Shown here in pieces: positions 14,858 to 25,288 of a DNA stretch of 46,523 bases. A program made the position numbers and the translations under genes. The notes under the pieces were generated by a model, which did not search any database, was not told where the DNA came from, and saw only the letters and a list, made by a program, of their open reading frames with translations. The stretch's first letter is position 1. The number at the start of each line of letters is the position of its first letter. Source of the stretch: a virus (Duplodnaviria > Caudoviricetes); the IMG/VR virus record IMGVR_UViG_3300037790_000021, positions 1 to 46,523 of that record; one strand, written 5' to 3'.

Positions 14858-16861
14858 ATGGGTGTACAGAAGTCGATTAACGATATTGATATTTTGCAGA
14901 CGTGTGACGTTGCGAAGCAAAGTATCGAAGAATACTTGAACAACATTTTCAGTACTGAGTTCAAACCACCACCTAAGATGAACTTGGTAGAATGGGCTGA
15001 CACGTATCGTAAGTTGCCAGATAACAGTGCTGAACCGGGTCAATGGAAAACAGACCGTGTACCACCTGCACGTGACCCAATGCTTGCCATAAGCAACCCG
15101 GACGTTCAAGAAATAACGGTAATGTCTTGCATCCAGTTATTGAAAACCGAACTGATGCTGAACACAGCCTTATACTTCATACACCAAGAACCTTCACCAA
15201 TCATGTACGTTGCACCTAAGAAGGAAATTGCAGAAGCATGGTCGAAGGAACGTTTCAGCAAGTCAGCCAACGCGATAACCGAAATTAAAGAACTAATGTC
15301 GCATAACAGGCGTGACCAAGGTAATACGATACTGCAAAAGCAGTACCCCGGTGGTCAGCTATCCATTGTATCTGCACGTAACCCTGACGACTTGGCAATG
15401 CGTGCCTGTCGTATCATGCTGTTTGACGAATGTGATAAGTACCCTGCCAACGTTGGTTCTGGTGACGGTGGTTCTGGTGGTGAGGGTGACCCTATTGCGG
15501 TAGGTTGGGGTCGTGCTACAACGTTCGGCAGACGTGCCAAGAAAATCACTGCGTGTTCACCTACAACACAGGGTCGTTCACGTATTGAAAAAGAATACTT
15601 ATCTGGCTCACAGCATACATATCACCAACCGTGCCCTAAGTGTGACCATTCTAAGGAATTGTCGTGGGATGATGTTGTAATTCCAGTAGATAAAGATTCT
15701 GGTGAGTACCTACCAGATGAAGCCTACATTGCGTGTTCTGAATGTGGTCATAAGTGGTCTGAGGGTGACCGCATACAATCAATAGATAAAGGTTTCTACA
15801 AGGCTAAACGTCCTCATGTTAAGCGTCATTTGTCGTACAAGGTGACCAGTCTTGCCAGCCCATTTACACCAATCGTAACGTTAGCGAATGAGTTTGTTGA
15901 CGCAATAGGTGATAACAACCTGCTTAAAGCTTTCTACAACACGCGTATGGCACGTACATGGAAAGAGCAAGGTGAACAGCCTGAGTGGGAAGACGTTTAT
16001 GAAAGACGTGAAAACTACAAGATTGGTGTTGTACCCGAAGGTGGCCTTATGCTCACTATGGGCATGGACGTTCAAAAAGCTGGCGTGTACTACGAAGTGG
16101 TGGCCTATGGTCGCAGACGTATAAGTTGGTCAGTAGACAAAGGTTATCTTGCTGGTGATATTGAGGAAGAAGGTTTTCGCGATCAGGTTAAAGAACTGTG
16201 GTCAACGATATACAAGAACCACAAGGGTATTGATATGCCCTGTGAGATTATCAACGTTGACTCAGGCTATAAGACCAATGCCGTTTACTCACTGGTGCGT
16301 GAGTATGGTGACCCACGCGTTCGTGCTGTGAAAGGTGACAAAGAAGGTCGTTTGACCAGTAGTGTAGGTACACCAACACCAGTAGACATTGACTATATGG
16401 GTAAACGTATTTCACGTGGCCTTATGTTGTGGCATGTTGGTTCTGGTGTGTTGAAAGACCAGTTTTATAGCTGGTTGGCGTTGAAGAAACCTACCGAAGA
16501 AAAGCTGAAAGCTGGTGGTCGTTTCCCTTCCGGGTACTGTCATTTCCCTGAGTATGATGAAGAATTTTTCAAGCAAATTACCGCAGAACAAAAGGTCATA
16601 ACTACCAACAAGAAAGGGTTTGAAGTGTTTGCGTGGGAAAAGACCCGGAAGGACAACCACTTCTTAGACTGTCGTAACTATGCACGCGCAGGTGCTACAA
16701 TGTTACAGATAGACCGTATGCGTGATGAAGATTGGGATTTAAGAGAATCAATGTTCGAAGGGGCTGTTACGGTTGACTCTGATAACAGTACCAACGATAC
16801 TACACAAAACACCAGTCCTACTAGGCGAAAGCGTAGACGCAGTAACTGGCTAAACAATTAA
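14858..16861 (+). CDS. terminase large subunit, lambda GpA family
   Basis: LVEWAD, SAEPGQW, IQLLKTE, FDECDKYP, CSPT...SRIE, PCPKC/CSECG, GMDVQ, VDSGY, NHFLDCRNYA. Confidence 0.95.
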   Translation: MGVQKSINDIDILQTCDVAKQSIEEYLNNIFSTEFKPPPKMNLVEWADTYRKLPDNSAEPGQWKTDRVPPARDPMLAISNPDVQEITVMSCIQLLKTELMLNTALYFIHQEPSPIMYVAPKKEIAEAWSKERFSKSANAITEIKELMSHNRRDQGNTILQKQYPGGQLSIVSARNPDDLAMRACRIMLFDECDKYPANVGSGDGGSGGEGDPIAVGWGRATTFGRRAKKITACSPTTQGRSRIEKEYLSGSQHTYHQPCPKCDHSKELSWDDVVIPVDKDSGEYLPDEAYIACSECGHKWSEGDRIQSIDKGFYKAKRPHVKRHLSYKVTSLASPFTPIVTLANEFVDAIGDNNLLKAFYNTRMARTWKEQGEQPEWEDVYERRENYKIGVVPEGGLMLTMGMDVQKAGVYYEVVAYGRRRISWSVDKGYLAGDIEEEGFRDQVKELWSTIYKNHKGIDMPCEIINVDSGYKTNAVYSLVREYGDPRVRAVKGDKEGRLTSSVGTPTPVDIDYMGKRISRGLMLWHVGSGVLKDQFYSWLALKKPTEEKLKAGGRFPSGYCHFPEYDEEFFKQITAEQKVITTNKKGFEVFAWEKTRKDNHFLDCRNYARAGATMLQIDRMRDEDWDLRESMFEGAVTVDSDNSTNDTTQNTSPTRRKRRRSNWLNN

Positions 16862-16874
16862 ACGGGGGTAACCA

Positions 16875-17081
16875 ATGGCTACGTTCACTAAGGCTGAAAT
16901 AGCGGAAGCTAAGAAGCGATTACTACAGAACGTACTTCGCGTTCGTGAAGGTAATACGTGGGTGGAGTACGGCAGTGCTAAAGAATTGCGTCAGGCCATA
17001 ATCGACGCAGAAGCTGACGTTGAAGGAAGCAACAAACCACGCGGTACACGCATGGTGACAGTAGGTTCGGGGTATAATTAA
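16875..17081 (+). CDS. head-tail joining protein (gpW-like)
   Basis: 68 aa between terminase and portal; VEYGSAKELRQAI. Confidence 0.75.
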   Translation: MATFTKAEIAEAKKRLLQNVLRVREGNTWVEYGSAKELRQAIIDAEADVEGSNKPRGTRMVTVGSGYN

Positions 17082-17082
17082 T

Positions 17083-18588
17083 ATGAACGTATTAGACAGT
17101 GTAATAGGTTATTTCAGCCCTAGTGCTGGCCTAGACCGTATGCGTAAGCGTATGGCAATGGACGCGGTACGCGATTATAACGCAGCTACTACGGGTAGAC
17201 GCAGAGGTAATCTAAGAAACCGTAATACTAACGCTAGTTCTGAGGTAGGACGGTTCGCTAAACGACTGTCAGGTGTAAGTCAAGAACTGGTACGCAACAA
17301 CCCACTTGCACAACGTATTAAAATGATATACGCAAGTAACATTGTGGGTCAGGGTATCAGTGCTGACATTACCAGCCCCAACACACGCGTAGCAGAAGAT
17401 TTTACAAAGTACTTCGAAGATTGGGCAAATTCTACAGCCTGTGACTTTGACGGTCATAACACGCTGTCAGGTCTTTTATGGTTACTTGCTGCGACTGTTG
17501 TTGAAAGTGGTGGGTGCTTCGTTCGTTTCCATATCAATGCAGCCCTACGTGTACCTTTACAGCTACAGTTAATTGAGCAAACTTACCTTGACCCTACACA
17601 GGACAAGAACACCGACGACAAGCTTGTTATCAACGGTGTACAGTATGATAAGGGTGGTCAAATTGAAGGTTACTGGATTGACATAGACCCGTCAGGTACT
17701 AATCAGCGTGGCAAAAGTAACACTAAGTTCTACCGAAAAGATACTGAGATTCTACACGTGTTCAGGCGTGAGCGTCCGGGTCAACACTTAGGCATTTCTT
17801 GGTTGGCACAGATAGCTACCCACCTTGACCGATATGACACCCTTCAAGACGCTAAAGTTATGCAGCAACAAATCGCTGCGTGCCTTGCTGTGCTTATTGA
17901 AGACGCACCTACCCCAATGGGTAATAAGACTGATAACCCGGTAATTGATAAGATTGAACCGGGCATGATTGAATATGTACCGTCAGGTTCTAATGCCAAG
18001 GTTATTACACCACCACGTGCTGACGACTCACAAGCGTTCATAGTAGAGTTAAAGGGCGATATGGCTGTAGGTGCAGGTTTGAACTATCAGCAGCTTACAG
18101 GCGATTACAGTAAGTTTAACTTCGCATCTGGTCGTATGGGTCTGATTGAGTTCAACAGATACCTTGATGGTATTCAGCAGTTCATGTTAGTACCCCAACT
18201 CAACAAGATTATGGCTAAGTTGTTTGGTTTGTATCAAGTTGACCGTGGCACTAACACCACCATAAAAACTGAATGGGTTTTCCCGCCACGTGCTACAGTT
18301 AATCCTAAAGAGGAAGTTGAAACTGAGGTAATGAAAGTACGTTCAGCACTGTCTACACCACAGGTTGCAGCGAAGAAATTTGGCACGAAGCTTGAAAAGG
18401 TAGTTGAAAGCTGGCTTGCGGCTTATGAACTAATGGGTAATTTACCATTCGACATAAGACCTGATAAATTTAGCGCAGCAGGTAATCAACTTGACCAGAA
18501 TGACGCTGCAAGCAGTAATAACACTGGTAACAGTAGTGAATCGGGTGAAAGTAGTACCGAAAATAACGATTCTGACGAACAGAATTAA
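17083..18588 (+). CDS. portal protein, lambda family
   Basis: YNAATTGRR, ELVRNNP, NIVGQG, RPGQHLGIS, LTGDYSKFNFASGRMG, NPKEE. Confidence 0.95.
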   Translation: MNVLDSVIGYFSPSAGLDRMRKRMAMDAVRDYNAATTGRRRGNLRNRNTNASSEVGRFAKRLSGVSQELVRNNPLAQRIKMIYASNIVGQGISADITSPNTRVAEDFTKYFEDWANSTACDFDGHNTLSGLLWLLAATVVESGGCFVRFHINAALRVPLQLQLIEQTYLDPTQDKNTDDKLVINGVQYDKGGQIEGYWIDIDPSGTNQRGKSNTKFYRKDTEILHVFRRERPGQHLGISWLAQIATHLDRYDTLQDAKVMQQQIAACLAVLIEDAPTPMGNKTDNPVIDKIEPGMIEYVPSGSNAKVITPPRADDSQAFIVELKGDMAVGAGLNYQQLTGDYSKFNFASGRMGLIEFNRYLDGIQQFMLVPQLNKIMAKLFGLYQVDRGTNTTIKTEWVFPPRATVNPKEEVETEVMKVRSALSTPQVAAKKFGTKLEKVVESWLAAYELMGNLPFDIRPDKFSAAGNQLDQNDAASSNNTGNSSESGESSTENNDSDEQN

Positions 18589-18680
18589 CTATTTATTTGG
18601 CGCACACTTGTTGAACTTGTAACGTTAGGATATTACTATTACTGTAGTATTTTAGGGTTATAGGGAGTGTGCGCAGGGCT

Positions 18681-19130
18681 ATGGGAACTGAACACGTGGA
18701 CGCAATAGCAGAAAAGCGACTGTTTGCTGATGTTGAGTTGATAAAACAACAGCAAGCGCACACCGATAAGGGTGTTACGGATTTACTGACTAAATTTGTT
18801 GAACACAGTAAGACAACTAATGAACATTTAAGTAGTCTTGCTCTATCAACGCAAGAATTGGTAATTGAAAGTCGTACTGCAAACAAGCGTATTGACGATG
18901 TGGAAGAAACACTTAGTTCACACGTCAGTCGTTGTGAAAATGATTTTCGAACGTTAGGGAAGCGTGTTGTAGAACTTGAAAACTTCAAGCTACGAGTTGA
19001 AACGGAAAAGCAAACCACTGAAAAGCAGCGTAAGTGGTGGTCTGATAACTGGCATAAGATTTTTACTGTTGCAGTGGTAATGATACCCGTAATAGTTGCT
19101 ATATACCAACTGGTGAAAAATGATACCTAA
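18681..19130 (+). CDS. coiled-coil protein with C-terminal TM helix (possible lysis-related or antiholin-like)
   Basis: C-terminal IFTVAVVMIPVIVAIY; heads the spanin cassette. Confidence 0.55.
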   Translation: MGTEHVDAIAEKRLFADVELIKQQQAHTDKGVTDLLTKFVEHSKTTNEHLSSLALSTQELVIESRTANKRIDDVEETLSSHVSRCENDFRTLGKRVVELENFKLRVETEKQTTEKQRKWWSDNWHKIFTVAVVMIPVIVAIYQLVKNDT

Positions 19131-19563
19131 ACTTTACATTCGACTTGGTTTGATTGCTGGCGTTTTACTGTTGGTATGGTACACTTACAACCAAGGTGTT
19201 GAAGCAGGTGTTAACCGTGCAACAGCTAAGTATGCTGAAAGTCAAGACAAAGCAATTGCAAAGTATCAAGCTGACGTTAGGCAGACGGTGGATGATTACC
19301 ACCGTGAACTGCTTGCAATAAGGCGTGAGTATGAAGCGGAAATTGCGAAGCAATCTGAGCAAGCGAAAGACTTGGCGCGTCAGGTTGCAGAAGCAAACAC
19401 CGCAGAAGCCGAAGTAAGGGAAGGTATAAGGTATGTACAAACTGAGTGTGTTGGCATTGGTAATGACGCTTATAGGCTGTACCAGCGTACCAGACAGATC
19501 ATACGTGACCCCCGAAATCCCAACGTTAGAAACACCACAGAACAAACTACCCCCGATAAGTAG
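19120..19563 (+). CDS. i-spanin (Rz-like)
   Basis: N-terminal TM helix followed by an alpha-helical coiled coil; overlapped by a lipoprotein gene. Confidence 0.75.
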   Translation: MIPKLYIRLGLIAGVLLLVWYTYNQGVEAGVNRATAKYAESQDKAIAKYQADVRQTVDDYHRELLAIRREYEAEIAKQSEQAKDLARQVAEANTAEAEVREGIRYVQTECVGIGNDAYRLYQRTRQIIRDPRNPNVRNTTEQTTPDK

Positions 19564-19735
19564 AAACCTACTCATACCCTGCTTTGACGACCTCATGCCT
19601 GTTGAAGCTAAGACCGATTCAGTTAAAGACATACTTGACGCTGACGCAACAACGTTTAGTCGTGTGCAGCAGTGCTACCTTCGCCAGTACAACCTTATCA
19701 ATGAGGTGTTAAGACGTGAAGGAACTGATAATTAA
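19433..19735 (+). CDS. o-spanin lipoprotein (Rz1-like)
   Basis: Signal peptide with lipobox LIGC; Pro-rich; overlaps the i-spanin 3' end in another frame. Confidence 0.8.
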   Translation: MYKLSVLALVMTLIGCTSVPDRSYVTPEIPTLETPQNKLPPISRNLLIPCFDDLMPVEAKTDSVKDILDADATTFSRVQQCYLRQYNLINEVLRREGTDN

Positions 19736-19994
19736 AGTGTGGTCTGCAATGTTCGGGCTATACTTTCAACAGCCAATTACCAAAACGTTGCAAGAGTTCA
19801 ATGTAATACCTATAGCTGCACTGGTATACTGTGCGTGGGTGTGCGAACGCATAATAAATTTATTAACCCTTGCAACCAATACAGGTAATGACTTAGGATT
19901 AGGACTTGCAACAGTATATTTAGGGTTTTTAGGCACAGTGGTCGCAGCGTTCATCCGGGCAGCAATGGATATTCGGGCGAATCGTAAGGACTAA
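19716..19994 (+). CDS. putative holin
   Basis: 92 aa, two or three hydrophobic helices and a basic C-terminus. Confidence 0.55.
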   Translation: MKELIIKVWSAMFGLYFQQPITKTLQEFNVIPIAALVYCAWVCERIINLLTLATNTGNDLGLGLATVYLGFLGTVVAAFIRAAMDIRANRKD

Positions 19995-20053
19995 CGTTGT
20001 GTGTCTGACTAATTGTTGTTATATTTTGGGTAACGGTTATAAGGCTTAACGTT

Positions 20054-22093
20054 ATGAAGAAAAAAACTGAAAGCAACAATCAGGTGCGGAAAGCAACACT
20101 GCCAATGATGCAGACACGCGCAGCATTGCGCCCTGATACTGTTGACGAAGAAAACCGTAGTGTGGAGATATGCTTTACTACTGGTGAACGCGGATTGCGC
20201 AAACCTTGGTTTGACGACCCGTACTACGAAGAACTTGAAGTTACTGCTAACGCTGTACGTTTAGAACGTTTGAACAAAGGCTTGTCAGTAATCGACAGTC
20301 ACAGAACATACGCAGGTATTGACGGTGTGTTCGGCATTACTTCTGACTATCGTTTTGAAAACGGTGAACTTATCGGTACGGTAACGTTTTCTGACGACGA
20401 AGAAAGTATGAAAGTATTTCGCAAGGTCGCTTCTGGCGTATTGCGTCATGTATCATTGGGTTACCAGATTCACCGTATGCAACGCGTAGGTGAAGAAGAT
20501 GGTATTCCAGTGTACCGTGCAATTGATTGGTCACCTACTGAACTGTCAATTGTTCCTGTTTCGTTTGAAACAACTAACGGTGTACGTTCGGGTGAACAGC
20601 ACCAAACTTATGATTGTATAATTGAGGGAGAAGACGAAATGCGCTTCGGAAAAAACAAGCACGTTAAACGTTCACCTGAACAAGACGCTAGTGCACCTAA
20701 AGGTGGTGCAGGTGGCGCAGTAGTTGATGGTGGCGAACAAAATCGTGGTAATGGTCAAGATGCACCTGCACCAGCGGCAGCACCTGCACCTGCACCTACA
20801 CAGGTAAACGAAAACGAGATTCGCAGTAATCTTAATCAGTACATTGACGCAGCACGTCATGCTGGATTCGATATTGAACACGCAACACGTGCGTTCACTG
20901 CTGGTACTAATATCAACGAGTATCGCAGAACGTTAATCGAAGAACTAGGTCAGCGTTCACAACAAAACGCACCTAACGTGCCGATGGTTGACGATCAGCG
21001 TCAAGACCATTCAGAAGCCAAGCGTGAAGACTTCGCTAACGCGATTCGTGCACGTGTAACTGGTGACTTCTCAGGTCTTGATGATAAGTCACGCACATTC
21101 GCGCAAATGCCGATGATGGAAGCTGCACGTCATTACATGATGATGAACGGGCAACGTGACGTACTAGGTATGTCTGGTTTGAACTTCGCTAAACGTGCGT
21201 TGCAGACCACCAGCGACCTACCGTTAATCCTAGAAAACGTGATGAACAAGGAATTGCTACAGGCGTATGAAGAAACGCAACGTACATTCTTACCTATCGC
21301 ACGTCGAACTACTGTGAATGACTTCCGTGAGAAGAATACCTATAAGATGGGTGACGCACCTAACCTACTACCACTAGGTGAAAATGGTGAGTACCAATAC
21401 GGTAAATTCTCAGAAAGTAAAGAAAGCTACCGTCTATCAACCTATGCGCGTAAGATTGGTTTCACGCGTCAGATGATGATTAACGACGACCTTTCTGCAC
21501 TTTCACGCTTCCCACAATTGTTCGGTGGTGCAGCGTCACGTTTAGAGTCTGATATTGTTTGGGGTCTTATCCTGAACTATGACTTCATTCGTAACAAAGC
21601 GGCAAACCACAAGCTGTCTGACGGTCAACCGCTTTACCATTCGTCACACAACAACACCATTGCCACGGCACTAAGCACTGACGGTCTATCAGACCTACGT
21701 AAACTAGGTCGTAAGCAGAAGACACTTGACGGTAACTTTATGAACGTTCAGTACAACGTTCTGGCTGTTGGTGAAGACCTAGAAACTACTGCACAGCAGA
21801 TTCTTAACGGTCTAATCATGGCGCAGCAAACAAGCAACGTTAACGTCTTCCGCGAAAGCATGGACTTGATTGTTGAACCACGTATTGCTGCGGTTGCAGG
21901 TGGCGCGACAGCGTTCTACGGATTCTCTAACGCGATTCGCGCTATTGAGTACGCTTACTTGGCAGGTAACGAAGGTCTTTATACTGAAATCGTTGAATCG
22001 ACTGACATTGATGGTACTACCATCCTTGCACGTCACGACTTCGGTGCAGGTTACGAAGACTTCCGTGGTACTGCGAAATCAACTGGTGCGTAA
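20054..22093 (+). CDS. prohead protease-major capsid fusion protein
   Basis: Protease motifs VIDSH, RHVSLGY and WSPTELSIVP; Ala/Pro linker; capsid part TTSDLPLILENVMNKEL, ESYRLSTYARKIGFTRQMMINDD, ARHDFG. Confidence 0.92.
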   Translation: MKKKTESNNQVRKATLPMMQTRAALRPDTVDEENRSVEICFTTGERGLRKPWFDDPYYEELEVTANAVRLERLNKGLSVIDSHRTYAGIDGVFGITSDYRFENGELIGTVTFSDDEESMKVFRKVASGVLRHVSLGYQIHRMQRVGEEDGIPVYRAIDWSPTELSIVPVSFETTNGVRSGEQHQTYDCIIEGEDEMRFGKNKHVKRSPEQDASAPKGGAGGAVVDGGEQNRGNGQDAPAPAAAPAPAPTQVNENEIRSNLNQYIDAARHAGFDIEHATRAFTAGTNINEYRRTLIEELGQRSQQNAPNVPMVDDQRQDHSEAKREDFANAIRARVTGDFSGLDDKSRTFAQMPMMEAARHYMMMNGQRDVLGMSGLNFAKRALQTTSDLPLILENVMNKELLQAYEETQRTFLPIARRTTVNDFREKNTYKMGDAPNLLPLGENGEYQYGKFSESKESYRLSTYARKIGFTRQMMINDDLSALSRFPQLFGGAASRLESDIVWGLILNYDFIRNKAANHKLSDGQPLYHSSHNNTIATALSTDGLSDLRKLGRKQKTLDGNFMNVQYNVLAVGEDLETTAQQILNGLIMAQQTSNVNVFRESMDLIVEPRIAAVAGGATAFYGFSNAIRAIEYAYLAGNEGLYTEIVESTDIDGTTILARHDFGAGYEDFRGTAKSTGA

Positions 22094-22114
22094 GGCTTCG
22101 GCCTTACCCCTTTT
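22091..22114 (+). terminator. hairpin after the capsid gene (weak terminator or stabiliser)
   Basis: TAAGGC-TTCG-GCCTTA with UUCG tetraloop, then CCCCTTTT. Confidence 0.5.
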
Positions 22115-22139
22115 CTAGCTTAATTTGAGGACAAAGAAA

Positions 22140-22484
22140 ATGGCTAAGAATTGTGTTCGACACCCTGCCAATAACGTACCTTTCACCGCACCGTCTGGTG
22201 GTGTTGTGTCAGGCGTACCGTTAATGATTGGCGCATTATTTGTAGTACCTTCTATCGACGCAGACGAAGGTGAATCATTTGAAGGTCAGCTTACAGGTGA
22301 GTGGGAATTCACCAAGGCTACAGCAGACGTTGTAACCGAAGGTCAAGCTGCGTACTTCGACGGTACTGTAGTAACTACTGCTGACGGTGCAGGTGCTAAT
22401 GCGTTGATTGGTGCTTTCACAGAAGCACGTGCAAACGGTGACACGCTTGCACACGTTCGGTTGAACGGCATTGCAGCCGTTTAA
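22140..22484 (+). CDS. DUF2190-family capsid decoration (cement) protein
   Basis: MAKN...FTAPSGGVVSG...G.WEFTKA...VRLNG; GAGG RBS before ATG 22140. Confidence 0.8.
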   Translation: MAKNCVRHPANNVPFTAPSGGVVSGVPLMIGALFVVPSIDADEGESFEGQLTGEWEFTKATADVVTEGQAAYFDGTVVTTADGAGANALIGAFTEARANGDTLAHVRLNGIAAV

Positions 22485-22794
22485 GCAAATCGCTAAGGCA
22501 GCGGCAAGGGTAGTTAACTCTACTCTTGGCGTGCCTTGCACTTACACCCTGTACGATGATACTGCTAACCCACTGGCAGACGTTCCAATTATCATCGACA
22601 AAAACACCCCGGTAAAAGACGGTATTGGTAACATTCTTGGTTATGAAGTAGTTGCCAGTGTAGAAAAAGATGCACTACCCCGTAAGCCTATGCAGCGTGA
22701 TACATTCCTAGATGATGAAGGTAATGTGTGGCACGTTGGCGGCATTCGTGAGGAAACGTTAGCTAAGTGGTATTTTTCCGTTCAAGGACGTTAA
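22471..22794 (+). CDS. head-tail joining protein (gpFII-like)
   Basis: Position and size; beta-rich. Confidence 0.6.
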   Translation: MQPFKQIAKAAARVVNSTLGVPCTYTLYDDTANPLADVPIIIDKNTPVKDGIGNILGYEVVASVEKDALPRKPMQRDTFLDDEGNVWHVGGIREETLAKWYFSVQGR

Positions 22795-22797
22795 ATT

Positions 22798-23427
22798 ATG
22801 GCACGATTTACACCCGATCAAATGGGTGCGCTTGCTGATAAGATTAAGGCAAATGACACCACCATAAATCGTGCAGCTTCACTTGCGATAAATAAGACCG
22901 TGACCTTCGCTAAAGATTTATCAGTGTCTGAGATACTACGCACTGTGAATCTACAGCAGAGTTATGTTAGGCGTAACCTGAAAACTGCTAAACGTGCCAG
23001 CCCTAACGACTTGTCAGCCATTATACGGGCAAATACACGTGAAACCCTACTAACACGTTACCCATACCAAGAAACGTCCACAGGTGTTCGTGTGGCTGTA
23101 AATAAGACCACTGGTTACCGAACTATCAAGCGTGCTTTTAGAGTGACGAACCTACGCGGTTCTGGTGCTTCTGGTATCGCGTTGAAGAACCGGGATGCAG
23201 TTGAAGTATTCAGACGGTCACTATCACCGTCAACACCGGGTAAGAGTAGAAAGCTACAACGTATAATTAGTAAAGCACGCACCAAGCCGAACGGGATAAC
23301 TGTATTGCATTCGCGTAGCATTAATCAGTTGTTCACCAGCGTTCGCGAAGACGTGCAACCTAGAACCTTTAGATTTATGGCAGACGAATTCATTGCTGAT
23401 TTAAGACGACTACAAGGAACTTTATAA
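22798..23427 (+). CDS. tail completion protein (gpZ-like)
   Basis: Basic protein with RAASLAINKT; position. Confidence 0.65.
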   Translation: MARFTPDQMGALADKIKANDTTINRAASLAINKTVTFAKDLSVSEILRTVNLQQSYVRRNLKTAKRASPNDLSAIIRANTRETLLTRYPYQETSTGVRVAVNKTTGYRTIKRAFRVTNLRGSGASGIALKNRDAVEVFRRSLSPSTPGKSRKLQRIISKARTKPNGITVLHSRSINQLFTSVREDVQPRTFRFMADEFIADLRRLQGTL

Positions 23428-23910
23428 ATGCCTAACGTTACAACCCCTGAGAACTTTGAAGATATTTGGCAGAACCTGATAGAAACACCATTGAAGCAAA
23501 TCACCGTAGCTAACGGGTATGAAAACGATGCGTGTTGGGTAGAAGGTTGGTTGGTATACTATGCTGACGATATTGCACGTGGTATCAATGGTCTTAGCTG
23601 GCCTTCTGTTGGCGCACGACCCGGTAAAGAAGAAATTACAATGCAGCAACGCAATCAGCGTCACGACCCTTACGAGTCACAGAATACGCGTAGCTTTATG
23701 ATAGAAGCAGGTTTCGATGGTATTGCAGACCGTGAGAACTTAACTAAGCGCATGGAATCACTACTACGTGATATAAAAAAGGCTATTGGAACAGTTAAGA
23801 CTAGTAATTTAACCCTTACACGTGTTAACTTTGACATTCCACAGGAAACGCTTGATTACGCGTTCCTGATTGTCGAAGGTACTATTACTTATAACGAAGT
23901 TTGGGGATAA
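23428..23910 (+). CDS. tail terminator protein (gpU-like)
   Basis: LKQITVANGYEND motif; position. Confidence 0.6.
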   Translation: MPNVTTPENFEDIWQNLIETPLKQITVANGYENDACWVEGWLVYYADDIARGINGLSWPSVGARPGKEEITMQQRNQRHDPYESQNTRSFMIEAGFDGIADRENLTKRMESLLRDIKKAIGTVKTSNLTLTRVNFDIPQETLDYAFLIVEGTITYNEVWG

Positions 23911-23916
23911 CCAAAA

Positions 23917-24290
23917 TGACACACCGCGTCAAATTTAAACCAGAAGATTTAGTGATAACCGAAGAAGATATGCAAGTGTTGCGTGAGATAACACCAATGT
24001 CTGATAACGTTATTGTACGGGTCGTAGACAATGAAGCTACTTCTAGTGGTGGCATTGTTCTATCGAAAGGGGCTGTTGAAAAAAGCACTTTAGGTGTGGT
24101 TCTTGCGCCTAACGTTATGTCGTTTAACCGTGATGGTTCAAGACGCAACCCCGTTTTAAGCGTTGGTGATATGGTACGTCTACAGCGTGGTAATTTGGGA
24201 ACTGAAATGCCAGAAGCCCCGGAAGGTCAGAAATGGCTTGCCGTACCCGAAGACTGTATCTACTATTACCGTAGAGTTGACAGAAGCTAG
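23917..24290 (+). CDS. groES: GroES-like co-chaperonin
   Basis: ITPMSDNVIVR...EATSSGGIVL...EKSTLGVVLA...DGSRRNPVLSVGDMV matches the Cpn10 signature, including the mobile loop. Confidence 0.85.
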
Positions 24291-24306
24291 TTAAGGAACT
24301 TCCAAA

Positions 24307-24474
24307 ATGGCTGAAACTAAAAACATTTCCACACCTAAAGAAGTAGAGGTCACGCTTATCAAGGCTTGCACCCATGCTGGTGAGGACAAAAAGGAAGGTG
24401 ACAAAGTTAAAGTCACCCTTGGGCAGAAAAAGGTTATGCAATCGCATGGCTTGGTAAAAGAGGACGGTGAATAA
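24307..24474 (+). CDS. small virion-associated protein (55 aa, not in ORF track)
   Basis: MAETKNISTPKEVEVTLIKACTHAGEDKKEGDKVKVTLGQKKVMQSHGLVKEDGE; AAGGA RBS; TAATG coupling to the tail tube gene. Confidence 0.7.
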   Translation: MAETKNISTPKEVEVTLIKACTHAGEDKKEGDKVKVTLGQKKVMQSHGLVKEDGE

Positions 24475-25232
24475 TGGCAACTTCCAATAAAACCCGTAAC
24501 CGTTCCTTCCGTGGTGGTGGTGGTATGTACCTGCGTGAGCGTGGTGCTACTGCTGGCTTCTTTCAGGTAGGGAACGCAGACACGCTTCAATTCGCAATTA
24601 ACGAAGAAAAGCAAACACAACGTAACTATCAACAACCCGGTGGTGGTAACATTGCGTCTGAATCGTCTATTACAGACGTTACAGCGTCAATCAACGTACT
24701 GTCGATTAACCCACGTATTGCTGCGGTTGCACTTCGTGCGTTGGTAAACACCGTTGAATCTGCTTCAATCAGCGCAGAGTCACACCAAGCATATTCAGAT
24801 ATGTTTATTCCGTTTGAATTCTTACCTGACTTTGACCAAGCGGTTACCGTGACCGACTCAGGTGCAGTAACAACCTATGTTGCTGGTACTGACTACTTGA
24901 TTCGTAACAACGGCATCTTTATTGACCCGGATGGTTCGATTCCTGATGACAGTGAAATTTTGATTACGTACCAGTCTAAGGCACAGTACAACATCGAAAC
25001 TATCACCAAGTCTGCGGTTGAATATGAAATGTTCTTCGATGGATTCAACGAAGCTGATAACGGTAAAGCCGTGTCTGTTACGTGCCACCGTATTTCATTT
25101 TCACCAGCGCAAGCACTATCACTGATTACAGAAGATTTTGGTGCGCTACCAATGGAATTCGAAGTACTAGCAGACGACAGTAAAGACGGTTCTACTGAAT
25201 CACAATACTTTGTGGTACGCCTAGAACAGTAA
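24474..25232 (+). CDS. major tail tube protein
   Basis: RSFRGGG.MYL, VGNA..LQFAI, FDGFNEADNGK, LSLITEDFG; directly before the tape measure gene. Confidence 0.85.
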   Translation: MATSNKTRNRSFRGGGGMYLRERGATAGFFQVGNADTLQFAINEEKQTQRNYQQPGGGNIASESSITDVTASINVLSINPRIAAVALRALVNTVESASISAESHQAYSDMFIPFEFLPDFDQAVTVTDSGAVTTYVAGTDYLIRNNGIFIDPDGSIPDDSEILITYQSKAQYNIETITKSAVEYEMFFDGFNEADNGKAVSVTCHRISFSPAQALSLITEDFGALPMEFEVLADDSKDGSTESQYFVVRLEQ

Positions 25233-25252
25233 TTTACTATTGTCACGGTATC

Positions 25253-25288
25253 AAAAAGGGTTACAATCATAAGTAACCCTTTTTTTTT
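25253..25288 (+). terminator. intrinsic terminator
   Basis: AAAAAGGGTTAC-loop-GTAACCCTTTTT plus a T-run. Confidence 0.85.
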
